A DNA stretch of 49,176 nt from an uncultured Thermodesulfovibrio sp. (GTDB lineage: Bacteria > Nitrospirota > Thermodesulfovibrionia > Thermodesulfovibrionales > JdFR-85). Of this stretch, positions 25,977 through 35,036 are shown in pieces. A program made the translations under genes and the position numbers. The notes under the pieces were generated by a model that saw only the letters and a list, made by a program, of their open reading frames with translations, was not told the origin of the DNA and ran no database searches. Location: NCBI GenBank assembly GCA_964391515.1, contig CAYMML010000001.1, positions 1-49,176 of the forward strand, written 5' to 3'. Numbering within the stretch: the stretch's first letter is position 1; every line of letters starts with the position of its first letter.

Positions 25977-26798
25977 TTAGAGATCGAAGAATCCCTCAAT
26001 CATCTCCGCCTCGCCGTCTATTATCCCCTTGATCTCTTCTATATCCTTTTCACCGAGGCCGGCGCCTGACAAAACACCCTCCACCGCCTCACCCCAGATG
26101 CCGTCTGCCCCCTTTCTCTCGGAAAGGCGAGCGGAAAGCCCCTCTGCAAGGTAGATGGATGTTACAATCCCCTGGTGTTTGTCCACCTTTCCGTTTGTGT
26201 GATGCTCCCTCACGCCAAGGACTATCTCCTCCGGCATCAGTATCTGCTCAAGAAACAGCGCACCCGCCTCAGGATGCCCAGCACCAAAGAGTTCCACCTC
26301 CCGGTCAAGGAGGTCCTCTTCAAACATGATCTCCCTGTACTCATCGGGATAGAGGGTATAGAACACCACCCTTCCCACATCATGAAGCAGCCCGGCCAGA
26401 AAGCAAACCCCACCGGCCGTTACCGGCACCTTCTCACATAGTATGCCGGAGATGATGGCCACCTCATAGGCATGAGCCCAGAAGTTCTTTAACCTCTCCG
26501 CCTCCCCCTTTGAAAACATCTCAAAGACGGCCATACTCACGGCAATACTCTTTACCATATCAAACCCAAGAAGCAGTATGGCCTGTTCAATGCTGTTTAT
26601 CATACCCGGGTGGCCAAAGTATGGGGCGTTAGCAACCGCTACAACCCGCTCAGCGGTGCTCTGGTCGTGGGATATGAGGTCGCTAAGTTCAAGATAAGAC
26701 ACATCGTCCCTGCTGAGTGATTCCATGATCCTCTGCATCACTACAGGGATTGTGGCAAGGTTTTTAAGGTTCTTTATGTCGTTTTTCACATCTCTCAT
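25977..26798 (-). CDS. HDOD domain protein
   Basis: 273 aa. HD-related helical domain (LLHDVGRVVF, GAGHPEAGALFLE) with an HDOD-type N-terminus (LATIPVVMQRIMESLSRDD). ATGA overlap with the upstream gene. Confidence 0.8.
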   Translation of the reverse strand: MRDVKNDIKNLKNLATIPVVMQRIMESLSRDDVSYLELSDLISHDQSTAERVVAVANAPYFGHPGMINSIEQAILLLGFDMVKSIAVSMAVFEMFSKGEAERLKNFWAHAYEVAIISGILCEKVPVTAGGVCFLAGLLHDVGRVVFYTLYPDEYREIMFEEDLLDREVELFGAGHPEAGALFLEQILMPEEIVLGVREHHTNGKVDKHQGIVTSIYLAEGLSARLSERKGADGIWGEAVEGVLSGAGLGEKDIEEIKGIIDGEAEMIEGFFDL

Positions 26799-27661
26799 TT
26801 TATCCTCCCCTCTATGACCTTGATAATGCTCTCAAATTTCTTGTAATTAACCGGCTTTTCAATCACCGGCACCTCAGGATACCTCTGCGCAAGCCCCGCC
26901 TCTATGGAAAGGATATCCCCTGTAAGGAGCACCACCCTGTCTCTGGGGAGGAACTCCTCAAGACGCCTTATAAACTCAAGCCCGCCCATCCTGGGCATCC
27001 TCAGGTCAACCACCGCCATATCCACCTTCAGGTCTTTTAACTCCTCAAGCGCCTTTAAGGGAGATGAGTAAACAACCGGCTCCGACCCCATAAACTCAAT
27101 ATAACCCTTGAGGACATCAAGGACAACCTCCTCGTCATCCACCACGAGTATCCTGTACCTCCCCTTCGCCTTTGCTAAAAACTCCTCCGAAAGGGGGACT
27201 ACAACCCTGAAAGAGCGGCCATCCCTTTGTTCATAGTAACTGAAGGTCCCCCCAATGGCCTCCACCATCTCCGCAAGCCTTTTCATCCCCGTTCCAGGAA
27301 GTATCATCGATATTCCGGAATTCTGCAAGCCCTCCCCGGTGGCCATCCCCGATGAATGTGCATCTCTGATATGTATCTCTGCCGATCTGCCCTTCTGGGC
27401 GGTGCTTACCTCTATATACCTCTCGCACCTTGATCCCTCAAGTGTCTGAATCTGGCCAAGAAAGAGGTTCAGAAGCACCCTCTTAAGTGCCGCAGCATCC
27501 ACCTCCGCCATAAGCGGTTCATCAAACAGATTAATCCTGACCTCGATCTCCTGTTTCCTGCACTGGTAATCAACAAGAGAAAGGGTCTTGCGGATCAGAT
27601 CATTAATATCGATCACAGACACCCCCCTTTGGTTCTCCCTTTTTGTGCGCTCTTCAACCAT
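26795..27661 (-). CDS. Degenerate HATPase domain fused to a response-regulator receiver (no DHp/His box)
   Basis: The C-terminal REC looks intact (VVDDEE, AVVDLRMPRMGG, LLTG, EKP). The N-terminal half resembles the HATPase fold, but the N-box Asn and the G1/G2 boxes are degenerate, and there is no His in the first ~100 aa. Confidence 0.7.
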   Translation of the reverse strand: MVEERTKRENQRGVSVIDINDLIRKTLSLVDYQCRKQEIEVRINLFDEPLMAEVDAAALKRVLLNLFLGQIQTLEGSRCERYIEVSTAQKGRSAEIHIRDAHSSGMATGEGLQNSGISMILPGTGMKRLAEMVEAIGGTFSYYEQRDGRSFRVVVPLSEEFLAKAKGRYRILVVDDEEVVLDVLKGYIEFMGSEPVVYSSPLKALEELKDLKVDMAVVDLRMPRMGGLEFIRRLEEFLPRDRVVLLTGDILSIEAGLAQRYPEVPVIEKPVNYKKFESIIKVIEGRIK

Positions 27662-27985
27662 TACTAACCCTTCTTCTTATTCATAAGCCCTCCCTCACAT
27701 CTCTTATACTATCGCCCTGTAAAACCAAAACCTTTAGCACTTTTCCCCTCAATTTTAAATTTAAAACAAATTACACCATATACTCAGCCATTTTCACAAT
27801 AAAACACCCTACTTTCCCGGCGAAAAGTTATCTCAAGACCAATTACCCTCCGGAAGGTTGAACCCCCCGAACACATCCTACGAGTAGAAACATTTTATCA
27901 TAATTTACAACAAGTTACAACACAAAATTTCATCCAGATCATTTTTTTGTTGACAAAATTATCAGAATATGATAGAAAATAAGGT

Positions 27986-29554
27986 ATGGCTGCACGGAAG
28001 GGGAAATCCAGACAGAAATTGGGGGAACTCCTTGTTGAGGCCGGTCTGATAACCACCAACCAACTCAAGGACGCCCTGAAACGGCAGGCACAGGTGGGTG
28101 GTCAAATCGGCTCTATCCTCATTGAGATGGGGTTTATAACAACCGATGACCTTCTCAATTTTCTCAGCCGTCAACTGGGTGTGCCGGGAGTAAACCTCCT
28201 GAATGTGGAAATTGACCCCTCCTTAATGAAGATCATCCCAGTTGAAAAGATCCAGCGGATGAAGGTGATCCCCATCGGGCTTGACGAAGACACCGTCACA
28301 CTTGCCATGGTAAACCCCCATGACATAATGACTCTTAATGATATAGAGTTTTCACTTGGCAGGAAGGTTCACCCCGTTGTGGTGCCCTCCTCCCAGATGG
28401 AGGCCGCCCTTGAGAGTTTCCGCACCGGCGAGGCAAAGCCCCTAAAGGAGGCTATAAAAAAGGGGGATGAGAAAAAGAGGGAGCAGAAAAAACCTCCCCA
28501 GATAATCTCCCTCCTCCGGTATCTGGCAAGGTCTTCTGCAACAGACATGCTCCTTGCCGCAGGGGTGCCACCTTCAATAAAGATACACAACGAGTTAAAG
28601 CGTGCCAACATGGAGCCCCTTAGCCCCTCCGACTGTGAACGCTACGCAAGGGAACTCATGACCGATGCTGACTGGGCAGAGTTTCAGCGGAAAAAGGATC
28701 ACGACTTTGCCGTAACCTACCCGGAGATCGGAAGGTTCCGGGTAAATGTATATAACCAGCGGCGTTCCATATCAATAACCATAAGGCACATAGCAGAGTT
28801 TGTCCCCACCCTTTCAGAACTCAACCTCCCTGAATGGATAAAGGAATACGCCCTGAAGCCCCAGGGTCTTATACTCATATCAGGGCCTGCCGGTCACGGT
28901 AAGACCACCACCCTTGCGGCGATGGTGGATATTATAAACTCAAACCGGAGGTGCAATATCATCACCCTGGAAGACCCGATTGAGTATCTCCACAAGCATA
29001 AAAACTCAAATGTAAACCAGCGTGAGATAGGGCTTGATGCCGAGAGTTTCTCCCAGGGGCTAAGGCACATCTTCCGCCAGGACCCTGATGTCATCGTGGT
29101 GGGGGAACTCCGAGATATGGAGAGTTTTGAGATTGCACTCCATGCGGCAGACACGGGGCATTTAGTCATCAGCACCGTCCATGCAAACAACACCACATCC
29201 ACCATAGACAGGATAGTTAATGTATTTCCTCCTCACCAGCAGAGCATAATAAGGACGAAACTTGCCGACTCCCTACTGCTGGTCTTCTCACAACGCCTCG
29301 TTCCCCTTGTAAAGGGAGAGGGCAGGATACTTGCCTACGAAAAACTGATCAATAGTTACAGGATCAAGAATCTCATAAGGGAAGGTAAGACCCACCAGAT
29401 ACGCACCCAGATGTTAAGCGGCACGGAGGATTACGAATCCATAGACTCATCTCTGGCAAAACTCCACCTTGCAGGGAAGATATCCTTTAACGACGGGCTC
29501 CTATTTGCAGATAACGAACAGTATTACCGTGAGATGACCGGCGCCTCTGTCTGA
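27986..29554 (+). CDS. PilT/PilU-type hexameric ATPase with N-terminal MshEN (T2SSE_N) domain
   Basis: C-terminal PilT core (Walker A GPAGHGKTTT, DPDVIVVGELRD, TGHLVISTVHANN). The N-terminus carries two 24-residue MshEN motifs separated by 5 residues. 522 aa, against about 345 aa for a plain PilT. Confidence 0.85.
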   Translation: MAARKGKSRQKLGELLVEAGLITTNQLKDALKRQAQVGGQIGSILIEMGFITTDDLLNFLSRQLGVPGVNLLNVEIDPSLMKIIPVEKIQRMKVIPIGLDEDTVTLAMVNPHDIMTLNDIEFSLGRKVHPVVVPSSQMEAALESFRTGEAKPLKEAIKKGDEKKREQKKPPQIISLLRYLARSSATDMLLAAGVPPSIKIHNELKRANMEPLSPSDCERYARELMTDADWAEFQRKKDHDFAVTYPEIGRFRVNVYNQRRSISITIRHIAEFVPTLSELNLPEWIKEYALKPQGLILISGPAGHGKTTTLAAMVDIINSNRRCNIITLEDPIEYLHKHKNSNVNQREIGLDAESFSQGLRHIFRQDPDVIVVGELRDMESFEIALHAADTGHLVISTVHANNTTSTIDRIVNVFPPHQQSIIRTKLADSLLLVFSQRLVPLVKGEGRILAYEKLINSYRIKNLIREGKTHQIRTQMLSGTEDYESIDSSLAKLHLAGKISFNDGLLFADNEQYYREMTGASV

Positions 29555-29568
29555 TCTTCAATCTGATC

Positions 29569-30822
29569 TTAAACCGGACAGGGGTCTTTCTTTACCACCT
29601 GATAAAACCTCCTCTTGAACTCCCCGGGGTTCATCCTGGCAACCTCCGCAAGTCCAGAGAGCCTCTCCTTACGAAAGTCGGTCTTCTCAAGCCGGATCAT
29701 ATACTTTCTTGCCACCTCATACCCCTCTGAACTCACGCTTACCCGCCTTATCATCGTCCGTTCGGTGGTGGGGTCAAGGATATCACTAAGGGGTACCGGC
29801 CGGAGGTGCCCATCGTAGAGCACTATCATTGCCCCGGAGCCACCTCTCAGGAGGTAACGCACCGCCCCGTAGCCGAGGTTTCTCGTGTATTCCACATCGA
29901 AGGGAACCGGGTCTGCCGCACGGAGTTCGTACCCGATGTTCTTGTCCACTATGGTCATGGAGATACCACGCCTCTCAAGGCTCTCCTTTACAAAGTGCTT
30001 CATAACCCTGCCAAGTTGAATCTCCGATAACCTCACCCTCCCTGACTCATCCCTTGTTATCTCCTCGTACTTCTTCAGTTCCTTCAAACTGAACTTGTGT
30101 GCAATCCCCTCGGCAAGCACCGCCACACCATGGTCTTTGCCAAAGTAGAGCCTCTTGATTATCGCCCCTTCAAGTATATCGGCCACCCTCTTCGGGGAGA
30201 GGCGTCTTTCTGGAAACTCCTCCGGTATAAGACTGATGGTAGCACCGGATGCCTTTCCTATCCCCAGGGCAAGGTGACCGGTGTACCTTCCCATGGTGGT
30301 TACAAAGTACCACCTGCCCATGGTGCGGGCATCCTCCATCAGGTTCTTTACAAGCCTTACACCGAGGTCTCTTGCAGTCTCATACCCGAAGGTGGGCATA
30401 CCACCGGGAAGCGGCAGGTCGTTGTCAATGGTCTTCGGCACATGAACAACCGAAATGGAACCCAGTGCCTCACGCTCTATCAACCTCGCCATGTGGGAAG
30501 TCCCATCACCACCAATGGTTATCAGATACCGTATCTGGAGTTTTTTAAGGGTATCCATTAACCGTTTCAGGCCGGTTTTCAGACTTGAGGGGTAATCACG
30601 GGAGGTGCCGAGTATGGAGCCTCCCCTTGTATGGATCATGGAGACATCCTCGATCCGGAGTGGAACCGCAGCAGAGGTATCGCCGTGATACAGCCTCTTG
30701 AACCCCTCTTTTATACCAAGGACATGGAGTCCTGAGTTGATAGCCTCAATAGTGGCAGAACTGATGACACCGTTTATCCCCGGTGCAGGTCCCCCTCCAA
30801 CGACTATCCCCAGCGTCTCCAT
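29569..30822 (-). CDS. pfkA: 6-phosphofructokinase (GGDG motif suggests ATP-dependent)
   Basis: GGGPAPGINGVI, TIGGDGTS and PKTIDND motifs. The ATG directly abuts the fliW stop (TAGATG). Confidence 0.88.
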   Translation of the reverse strand: METLGIVVGGGPAPGINGVISSATIEAINSGLHVLGIKEGFKRLYHGDTSAAVPLRIEDVSMIHTRGGSILGTSRDYPSSLKTGLKRLMDTLKKLQIRYLITIGGDGTSHMARLIEREALGSISVVHVPKTIDNDLPLPGGMPTFGYETARDLGVRLVKNLMEDARTMGRWYFVTTMGRYTGHLALGIGKASGATISLIPEEFPERRLSPKRVADILEGAIIKRLYFGKDHGVAVLAEGIAHKFSLKELKKYEEITRDESGRVRLSEIQLGRVMKHFVKESLERRGISMTIVDKNIGYELRAADPVPFDVEYTRNLGYGAVRYLLRGGSGAMIVLYDGHLRPVPLSDILDPTTERTMIRRVSVSSEGYEVARKYMIRLEKTDFRKERLSGLAEVARMNPGEFKRRFYQVVKKDPCPV

Positions 30823-31257
30823 CTATTCAGTCTTCCTCCTTAGTTCCACGATCCTGTTAAGTTTATTAACTGCTGTATCCTCAAGCACCAGTTGTATGCC
30901 CTTACGGTTGCGGCCGTTAATGACTATAGGCCCCTGAAGGTTTGCAATAACCTTCCCCGACTCAACCCTGATTATAACATAGGTGGACAGATCCCTCAGG
31001 TCATCTATCTCAAGAAGCGTCCTTGCAGCCTCAGGGAGTTCGAACTGGTACTCCTCCGAGATCATAAAGGGGTTTACAATGATGAATGCCATGTCGGGCT
31101 CATCCACACTCTGAAGCCACTGAAGTTCAGTATCTTTATAGTCAAGGATCATGAACCTCTTCAGGTTTGGCAGCCCTACAAGCCCCTCCGGGAACAGAAA
31201 GAGTCTGTCTTCTTCTACCTCCAGTTTTCCGAACCTTGGCGTCTCGATAGATATCAT
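30823..31257 (-). CDS. fliW: Flagellar assembly factor FliW (CsrA antagonist)
   Basis: 144 aa. FPEGLVGLPNLKRFMIL...PFMI motifs. 4-nt overlap with csrA. Confidence 0.9.
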   Translation of the reverse strand: MISIETPRFGKLEVEEDRLFLFPEGLVGLPNLKRFMILDYKDTELQWLQSVDEPDMAFIIVNPFMISEEYQFELPEAARTLLEIDDLRDLSTYVIIRVESGKVIANLQGPIVINGRNRKGIQLVLEDTAVNKLNRIVELRRKTE

Positions 31258-31484
31258 CCCTTTTTGAATACCTCCTTCAGTGCATCGAAGACCTCACCAT
31301 CAATGCCCGCAGCAAGCAGGTTTTCTTTGAGTGTTTTCTGATAGAGTTCTTCTCTGAATATCCTCACCCCCCTGGGTGCCTTTATTCCAAGTCTTACCTG
31401 ATTGCCCCTGATCTCGAGGACTGTGATGAGGATATCCTCCCCAAGCCTTATGGACTCATCCGACCTCCTTGTCAGTACAAGCAT
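31254..31484 (-). CDS. csrA: Carbon storage regulator CsrA
   Basis: MLVLTRRSDESIRLGEDILITVLEIRGNQVRLGIKAP signature. 76 aa. Confidence 0.95.
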   Translation of the reverse strand: MLVLTRRSDESIRLGEDILITVLEIRGNQVRLGIKAPRGVRIFREELYQKTLKENLLAAGIDGEVFDALKEVFKKG

Positions 31485-31506
31485 CCTGCCTCCTTATCTC
31501 TTAACG

Positions 31507-32511
31507 CTACCTGAGAAAATCAAGCAGCGACTGGTTCACAACCTGCACACCACTCTGCCTCAGCGCCTGGAGGGCGACCTCGGTCTTTGATATCTCCGAG
31601 ACCACCTCTGCAATATCGGCATCCTCGGTTTTTGAAAGTATGGTCTTGAGATCAAGCACACTGTCATCAAGCCTTGATTCCTCCGAATCAAGAAGCCCGA
31701 GCCTTGCACCCACCTCTGCTTCCACATCAAGTATCTGCTCATGCTGGCTGTCCACAGAGCCAAGCAGTGCGGTCACCCTGTCCATATCGTTTGTCTCAAG
31801 GGCGTTTTTCAGCAGGTCCATCATCTGAAATGCATTGTCATAGGAAAATGAGTCAAGCACGGTGGTATCGTCCGAAGCCCTGATCTCTACATTAACAGTG
31901 GTTCCACCACCAGGCAGATAGTGTATGAACCTGCCATCCTCAAGTTGCACGGACTGATCAGCAGGCTGCACATATGAAAACACCTCAGGCCCGGTAAGGT
32001 TTTCAACCACCCTCACCTCGGGGCTTATCTCCACCTCCAGGTGGTTTCCGTCACCCTGGTAGATACCGGATGAATCATATGCCTGTTTATCGTAGAGAAA
32101 GCCGCTGAAGATGTACCGCCCCTTGAACCTGGTGTTTGCAATGTCAAGCAGCCCCTTTCTCAGTTCCTCAACCTCCTTTGCAATTACCGATCTGTCTGAG
32201 GCGGTCTTCTCACCATTTAGCGCCTCAATTATCAACTCCCTCGTCCTTGCAAAGATACCGGATGAGCCACCCACCACCGATTCTGTTGCCTCAAGATAAG
32301 ACCTTGCCTCGTTGATATTTCGCTTGAACTGCTCGGTAGCACCAATATTCAACCGGTAGTCCATAGCCCTTGAGGAGCCGATGATATCGTCAGAGGGGCG
32401 GTTTATCCGCTTCCCGCTGGTCAGTTTCTCCTGCCAGCCGTAAAGTTCCACCATGTTTTTCTGAAGGGCGGAGATCAGGTGGTTGTGTATCATGAATGTA
32501 GAAAGCCTCAT
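31507..32511 (-). CDS. flgL: Flagellar hook-associated protein 3 (FlgL)
   Basis: Flagellin-like N-terminus (LTSGKRINRPSDD) and C-terminal helix. Follows flgK with a 4-nt overlap. Confidence 0.85.
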   Translation of the reverse strand: MRLSTFMIHNHLISALQKNMVELYGWQEKLTSGKRINRPSDDIIGSSRAMDYRLNIGATEQFKRNINEARSYLEATESVVGGSSGIFARTRELIIEALNGEKTASDRSVIAKEVEELRKGLLDIANTRFKGRYIFSGFLYDKQAYDSSGIYQGDGNHLEVEISPEVRVVENLTGPEVFSYVQPADQSVQLEDGRFIHYLPGGGTTVNVEIRASDDTTVLDSFSYDNAFQMMDLLKNALETNDMDRVTALLGSVDSQHEQILDVEAEVGARLGLLDSEESRLDDSVLDLKTILSKTEDADIAEVVSEISKTEVALQALRQSGVQVVNQSLLDFLR

Positions 32512-34130
32512 AGATTGAGTATCACCTCCATGAGTTTGTCTGTAACGGTTATCAGCCTTGCACCCGCCTCAAAGGCCTTCTGAAACCGGATCAGGTTGGC
32601 AGCCTCCTCATCCAGGTTCACACCCGAGACCGCCTCTTTCCGGAGGGTAAGTTCCTCAAGGAGTCCCTGCTCAAAACTGGTGCTGTCCTTTGCTGTGCGG
32701 CTCATCTTCCCGGCCATCGAGGTGATACCCGAATAAAACCCGTTAAAAGTGGCACCGTCAAGGTCACCTATGCCACCCTCGTAAAGATCCACCATGGCAA
32801 GTGCGTTTCTGTTATCGCCGGGAAGTCCTGAGGGGTCCTCCGCCGCTGCTATCTGATCCGGCGATGTTACCGCAAGTGATAGGTTCTCTATTGCCCCTAT
32901 GAGGGGGCTTATGAGAAACTTATCCCCTCTGAGTGGACCACCGCCGGTATTGTCTATCACCACATCAATCCCGTCAAAGGAGATGGTTCCTCCAGGCGTG
33001 TAGGCACCCGATGCAACCAGTGTGTCCTGGTCAATGTTGTAAACCTCATAACTCCCCGGGCCGGTAAACCTGATCTCATACTCATCAAGGGTAAGCAGAG
33101 ACGGGTCTGTAACCACTGCGGATGTAACGGAGGTACCGGCAGAGTAATCAAGGTTAGAGACGGTAAGGGGGCTGAAGAAATCCTGATTCGTGTTTCCATT
33201 AAGGTCGTAGCCCTGTCGGTGTTGCAGGTTTGTCTCCTTCACAATAGAGGCAACAAGTCTCCTGAACTCCTTCAGAGGACCACTCAGTATCTGATCATAA
33301 CCGGTTATCAGCCCTGCAAGTTTTCCACCCGTTATGTAATCGTTTATCCTCTCCTTGCCATAAAGGACATCGATGCTACCGTCCTTCTGCTCCTCAGTTG
33401 AAAGATAGTGTACCCTCTCACCGTCAACCACATTCTTTCCACCTATCACGACCGTAACCCGCCCGAAGTCGTCCTCAAACCTGGTGAACGAGGTGAGTTC
33501 ACTCAGTTCGTTCAGGAGTTGTCCCCTCTTGTCTCTCAGATCATTAGCCTGATCAGAACTCCCTGCCTCCACGGTTGAGATCAACTTATTCAGCGCAGCA
33601 AGGTCATCGGCGATGGCATTAATCTTATCAACCGTATCCACAATCTCGTCTGCCCTTGTGGAAAGCGTGTCCTTCAATGACCGCTCCATCCCCTTTGCGG
33701 TGATAATCATTGCCTGTGCGTTCTGGATGAGAACCGTCCGCTGGGGGCTTTCAGCAGGATTGGATGCGACTTCATGCCAGGAGTTTATATAGTTATTGAG
33801 CCGCTCAGAAAACTTCCCGCTTTGCTGTTCGTTAAACACCTCCTCCACGGCACCGTATATGTCTCCAAGTATATTTGCCCGCCCCAGGTTCTGCTTCTGA
33901 AGGAGTATCTGGTTTTCAAGAAACCCGTCGTAATACCTCCTTATATGTCTTACCGTTACTCCCCGGCCGATGTAACCTGCACGGGTCTTCTCGGGATTCT
34001 GGATGTCAAGGATCGCCTCTTTTCGGGAGTAGTTGGGGGTGTTTACATTGGCTATGTTGTTGGCCGTCACATCTAATGCGGCCTGGCTTGCAAAGATGGC
34101 GGACTTGCCTATGTTGAAAAGGCCAAACAT
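32508..34130 (-). CDS. flgK: Flagellar hook-associated protein 1 (FlgK)
   Basis: Rod/hook N-terminal motif (LDVTANNIANVNTPNYSRK) and a conserved C-terminal helix (GVNLDEEAANLIRFQKAFEA). 540 aa. Confidence 0.92.
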   Translation of the reverse strand: MFGLFNIGKSAIFASQAALDVTANNIANVNTPNYSRKEAILDIQNPEKTRAGYIGRGVTVRHIRRYYDGFLENQILLQKQNLGRANILGDIYGAVEEVFNEQQSGKFSERLNNYINSWHEVASNPAESPQRTVLIQNAQAMIITAKGMERSLKDTLSTRADEIVDTVDKINAIADDLAALNKLISTVEAGSSDQANDLRDKRGQLLNELSELTSFTRFEDDFGRVTVVIGGKNVVDGERVHYLSTEEQKDGSIDVLYGKERINDYITGGKLAGLITGYDQILSGPLKEFRRLVASIVKETNLQHRQGYDLNGNTNQDFFSPLTVSNLDYSAGTSVTSAVVTDPSLLTLDEYEIRFTGPGSYEVYNIDQDTLVASGAYTPGGTISFDGIDVVIDNTGGGPLRGDKFLISPLIGAIENLSLAVTSPDQIAAAEDPSGLPGDNRNALAMVDLYEGGIGDLDGATFNGFYSGITSMAGKMSRTAKDSTSFEQGLLEELTLRKEAVSGVNLDEEAANLIRFQKAFEAGARLITVTDKLMEVILNL

Positions 34131-34178
34131 CTCAGTAACTACCCCTTTTCAGGTTCTCTGCCCTCTTACGAGCAGGTC

Positions 34179-34619
34179 TCAGACCTGTCTTGAGTAGGTA
34201 TCGGGAGATGTCTCCCCAACACCAAAGGTCTGGAAAAACCGGGACGACATCCGCACATGAACCGTCGCCCTGTCTATCATAATCCGGTTAAGTTCGTTTA
34301 GTTCCTGCACCCCTTCAAGTAAACTCCTCAGTCTGCCCCTCAGATCGGGCAGCCTATCGTCTTTTGTCTCTCTGTAGAGGGTCATCAGATCAGGCTCCTC
34401 ATGAGAGTTCTTGAACCTCTCATCAAGGAGCCTTCTTCTCTCCTCATCAAGGATACGGAGTTTCAGAAGGAGGGCATCCTTCCGCTTTGCCATCTCCTCA
34501 ATCGCCACCGGATTAAAGGAGATAATCGCCTCCTTCTCCTTTCTCAGGAGGTCAAGGAGTTCAGCATACCCGGAGACCTCCTCTTCCAGTATCCCTACGA
34601 GTTGATCGTTATCCCTCAT
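34179..34619 (-). CDS. flgN: FlgN-family flagellar export chaperone
   Basis: 146 aa, helical, lying between flgM and flgK. 4-nt overlap with flgM. Confidence 0.7.
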   Translation of the reverse strand: MRDNDQLVGILEEEVSGYAELLDLLRKEKEAIISFNPVAIEEMAKRKDALLLKLRILDEERRRLLDERFKNSHEEPDLMTLYRETKDDRLPDLRGRLRSLLEGVQELNELNRIMIDRATVHVRMSSRFFQTFGVGETSPDTYSRQV

Positions 34620-34909
34620 AACTCATCAATTATCCTCTCGGCTATCTTCCCTGGATCGATCCTGTAGTTTCCGGACTCAATCGCCTTTTTGATAGCCTCA
34701 ACCTTCTCCTGCCTTATCTCAGGGAGCGCAGCAATCTCAGCCTTCAGGTTTTCCACCTCTTTCGCCCTGCCGGAGAGTTCCACCTGGTCGGCAGCCTTCT
34801 TCACACCCTCTGCGTTCTGGCCATCACCTACGGCGTCCTTGCCCTGGGTTTTCTGGGTCCTGAGATAAACTTCCTGTCCCTCAGGAGGCTTTCCTCCTGT
34901 GATCTTCAT
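34616..34909 (-). CDS. flgM: Anti-sigma-28 factor FlgM
   Basis: 97 aa. C-terminal KVEAIKKAIESGNYRIDPGKIAERII motif. A sigma28 promoter lies upstream. Confidence 0.88.
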   Translation of the reverse strand: MKITGGKPPEGQEVYLRTQKTQGKDAVGDGQNAEGVKKAADQVELSGRAKEVENLKAEIAALPEIRQEKVEAIKKAIESGNYRIDPGKIAERIIDEL

Positions 34910-34974
34910 TTCAGACCTCCTTTGAATTTACAGCATCTCCAGTTCATTATACCTGGACGCATCCTCTGGTATCT

Positions 34975-35001
34975 ATATCGGCCAGAATCGGAAAAACTTT
35001 A
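34975..35001 (-). promoter_or_regulatory. Sigma28 (FliA) promoter of the flgM operon
   Basis: Minus strand TAAAGTTT-N11-GCCGATAT, against the enteric consensus TAAAGTTT-N11-GCCGATAA (15 of 16). About 60 nt upstream of the flgM ATG. Confidence 0.8.
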
Positions 35002-35036
35002 ATCTTTATACCCATCATGAAACCTTCTCCCTCCTC

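Noticed and set aside
25910-25999. The 30-codon N-terminal extension of the TetR ORF that overlaps the HDOD gene.
   Set aside because: The extension would be translated through a perfect sigma70 promoter and palindromic operator. The sequence is not TetR-like, and the HTH begins right after Met31.
29550-29570. 9-nt direct repeat TCTGATCTT-CAA-TCTGATCTT between the convergent MshEN-PilT and pfk genes.
   Set aside because: It is very short and contains both stop codons. It has no hairpin potential or other context, so it is probably coincidental.
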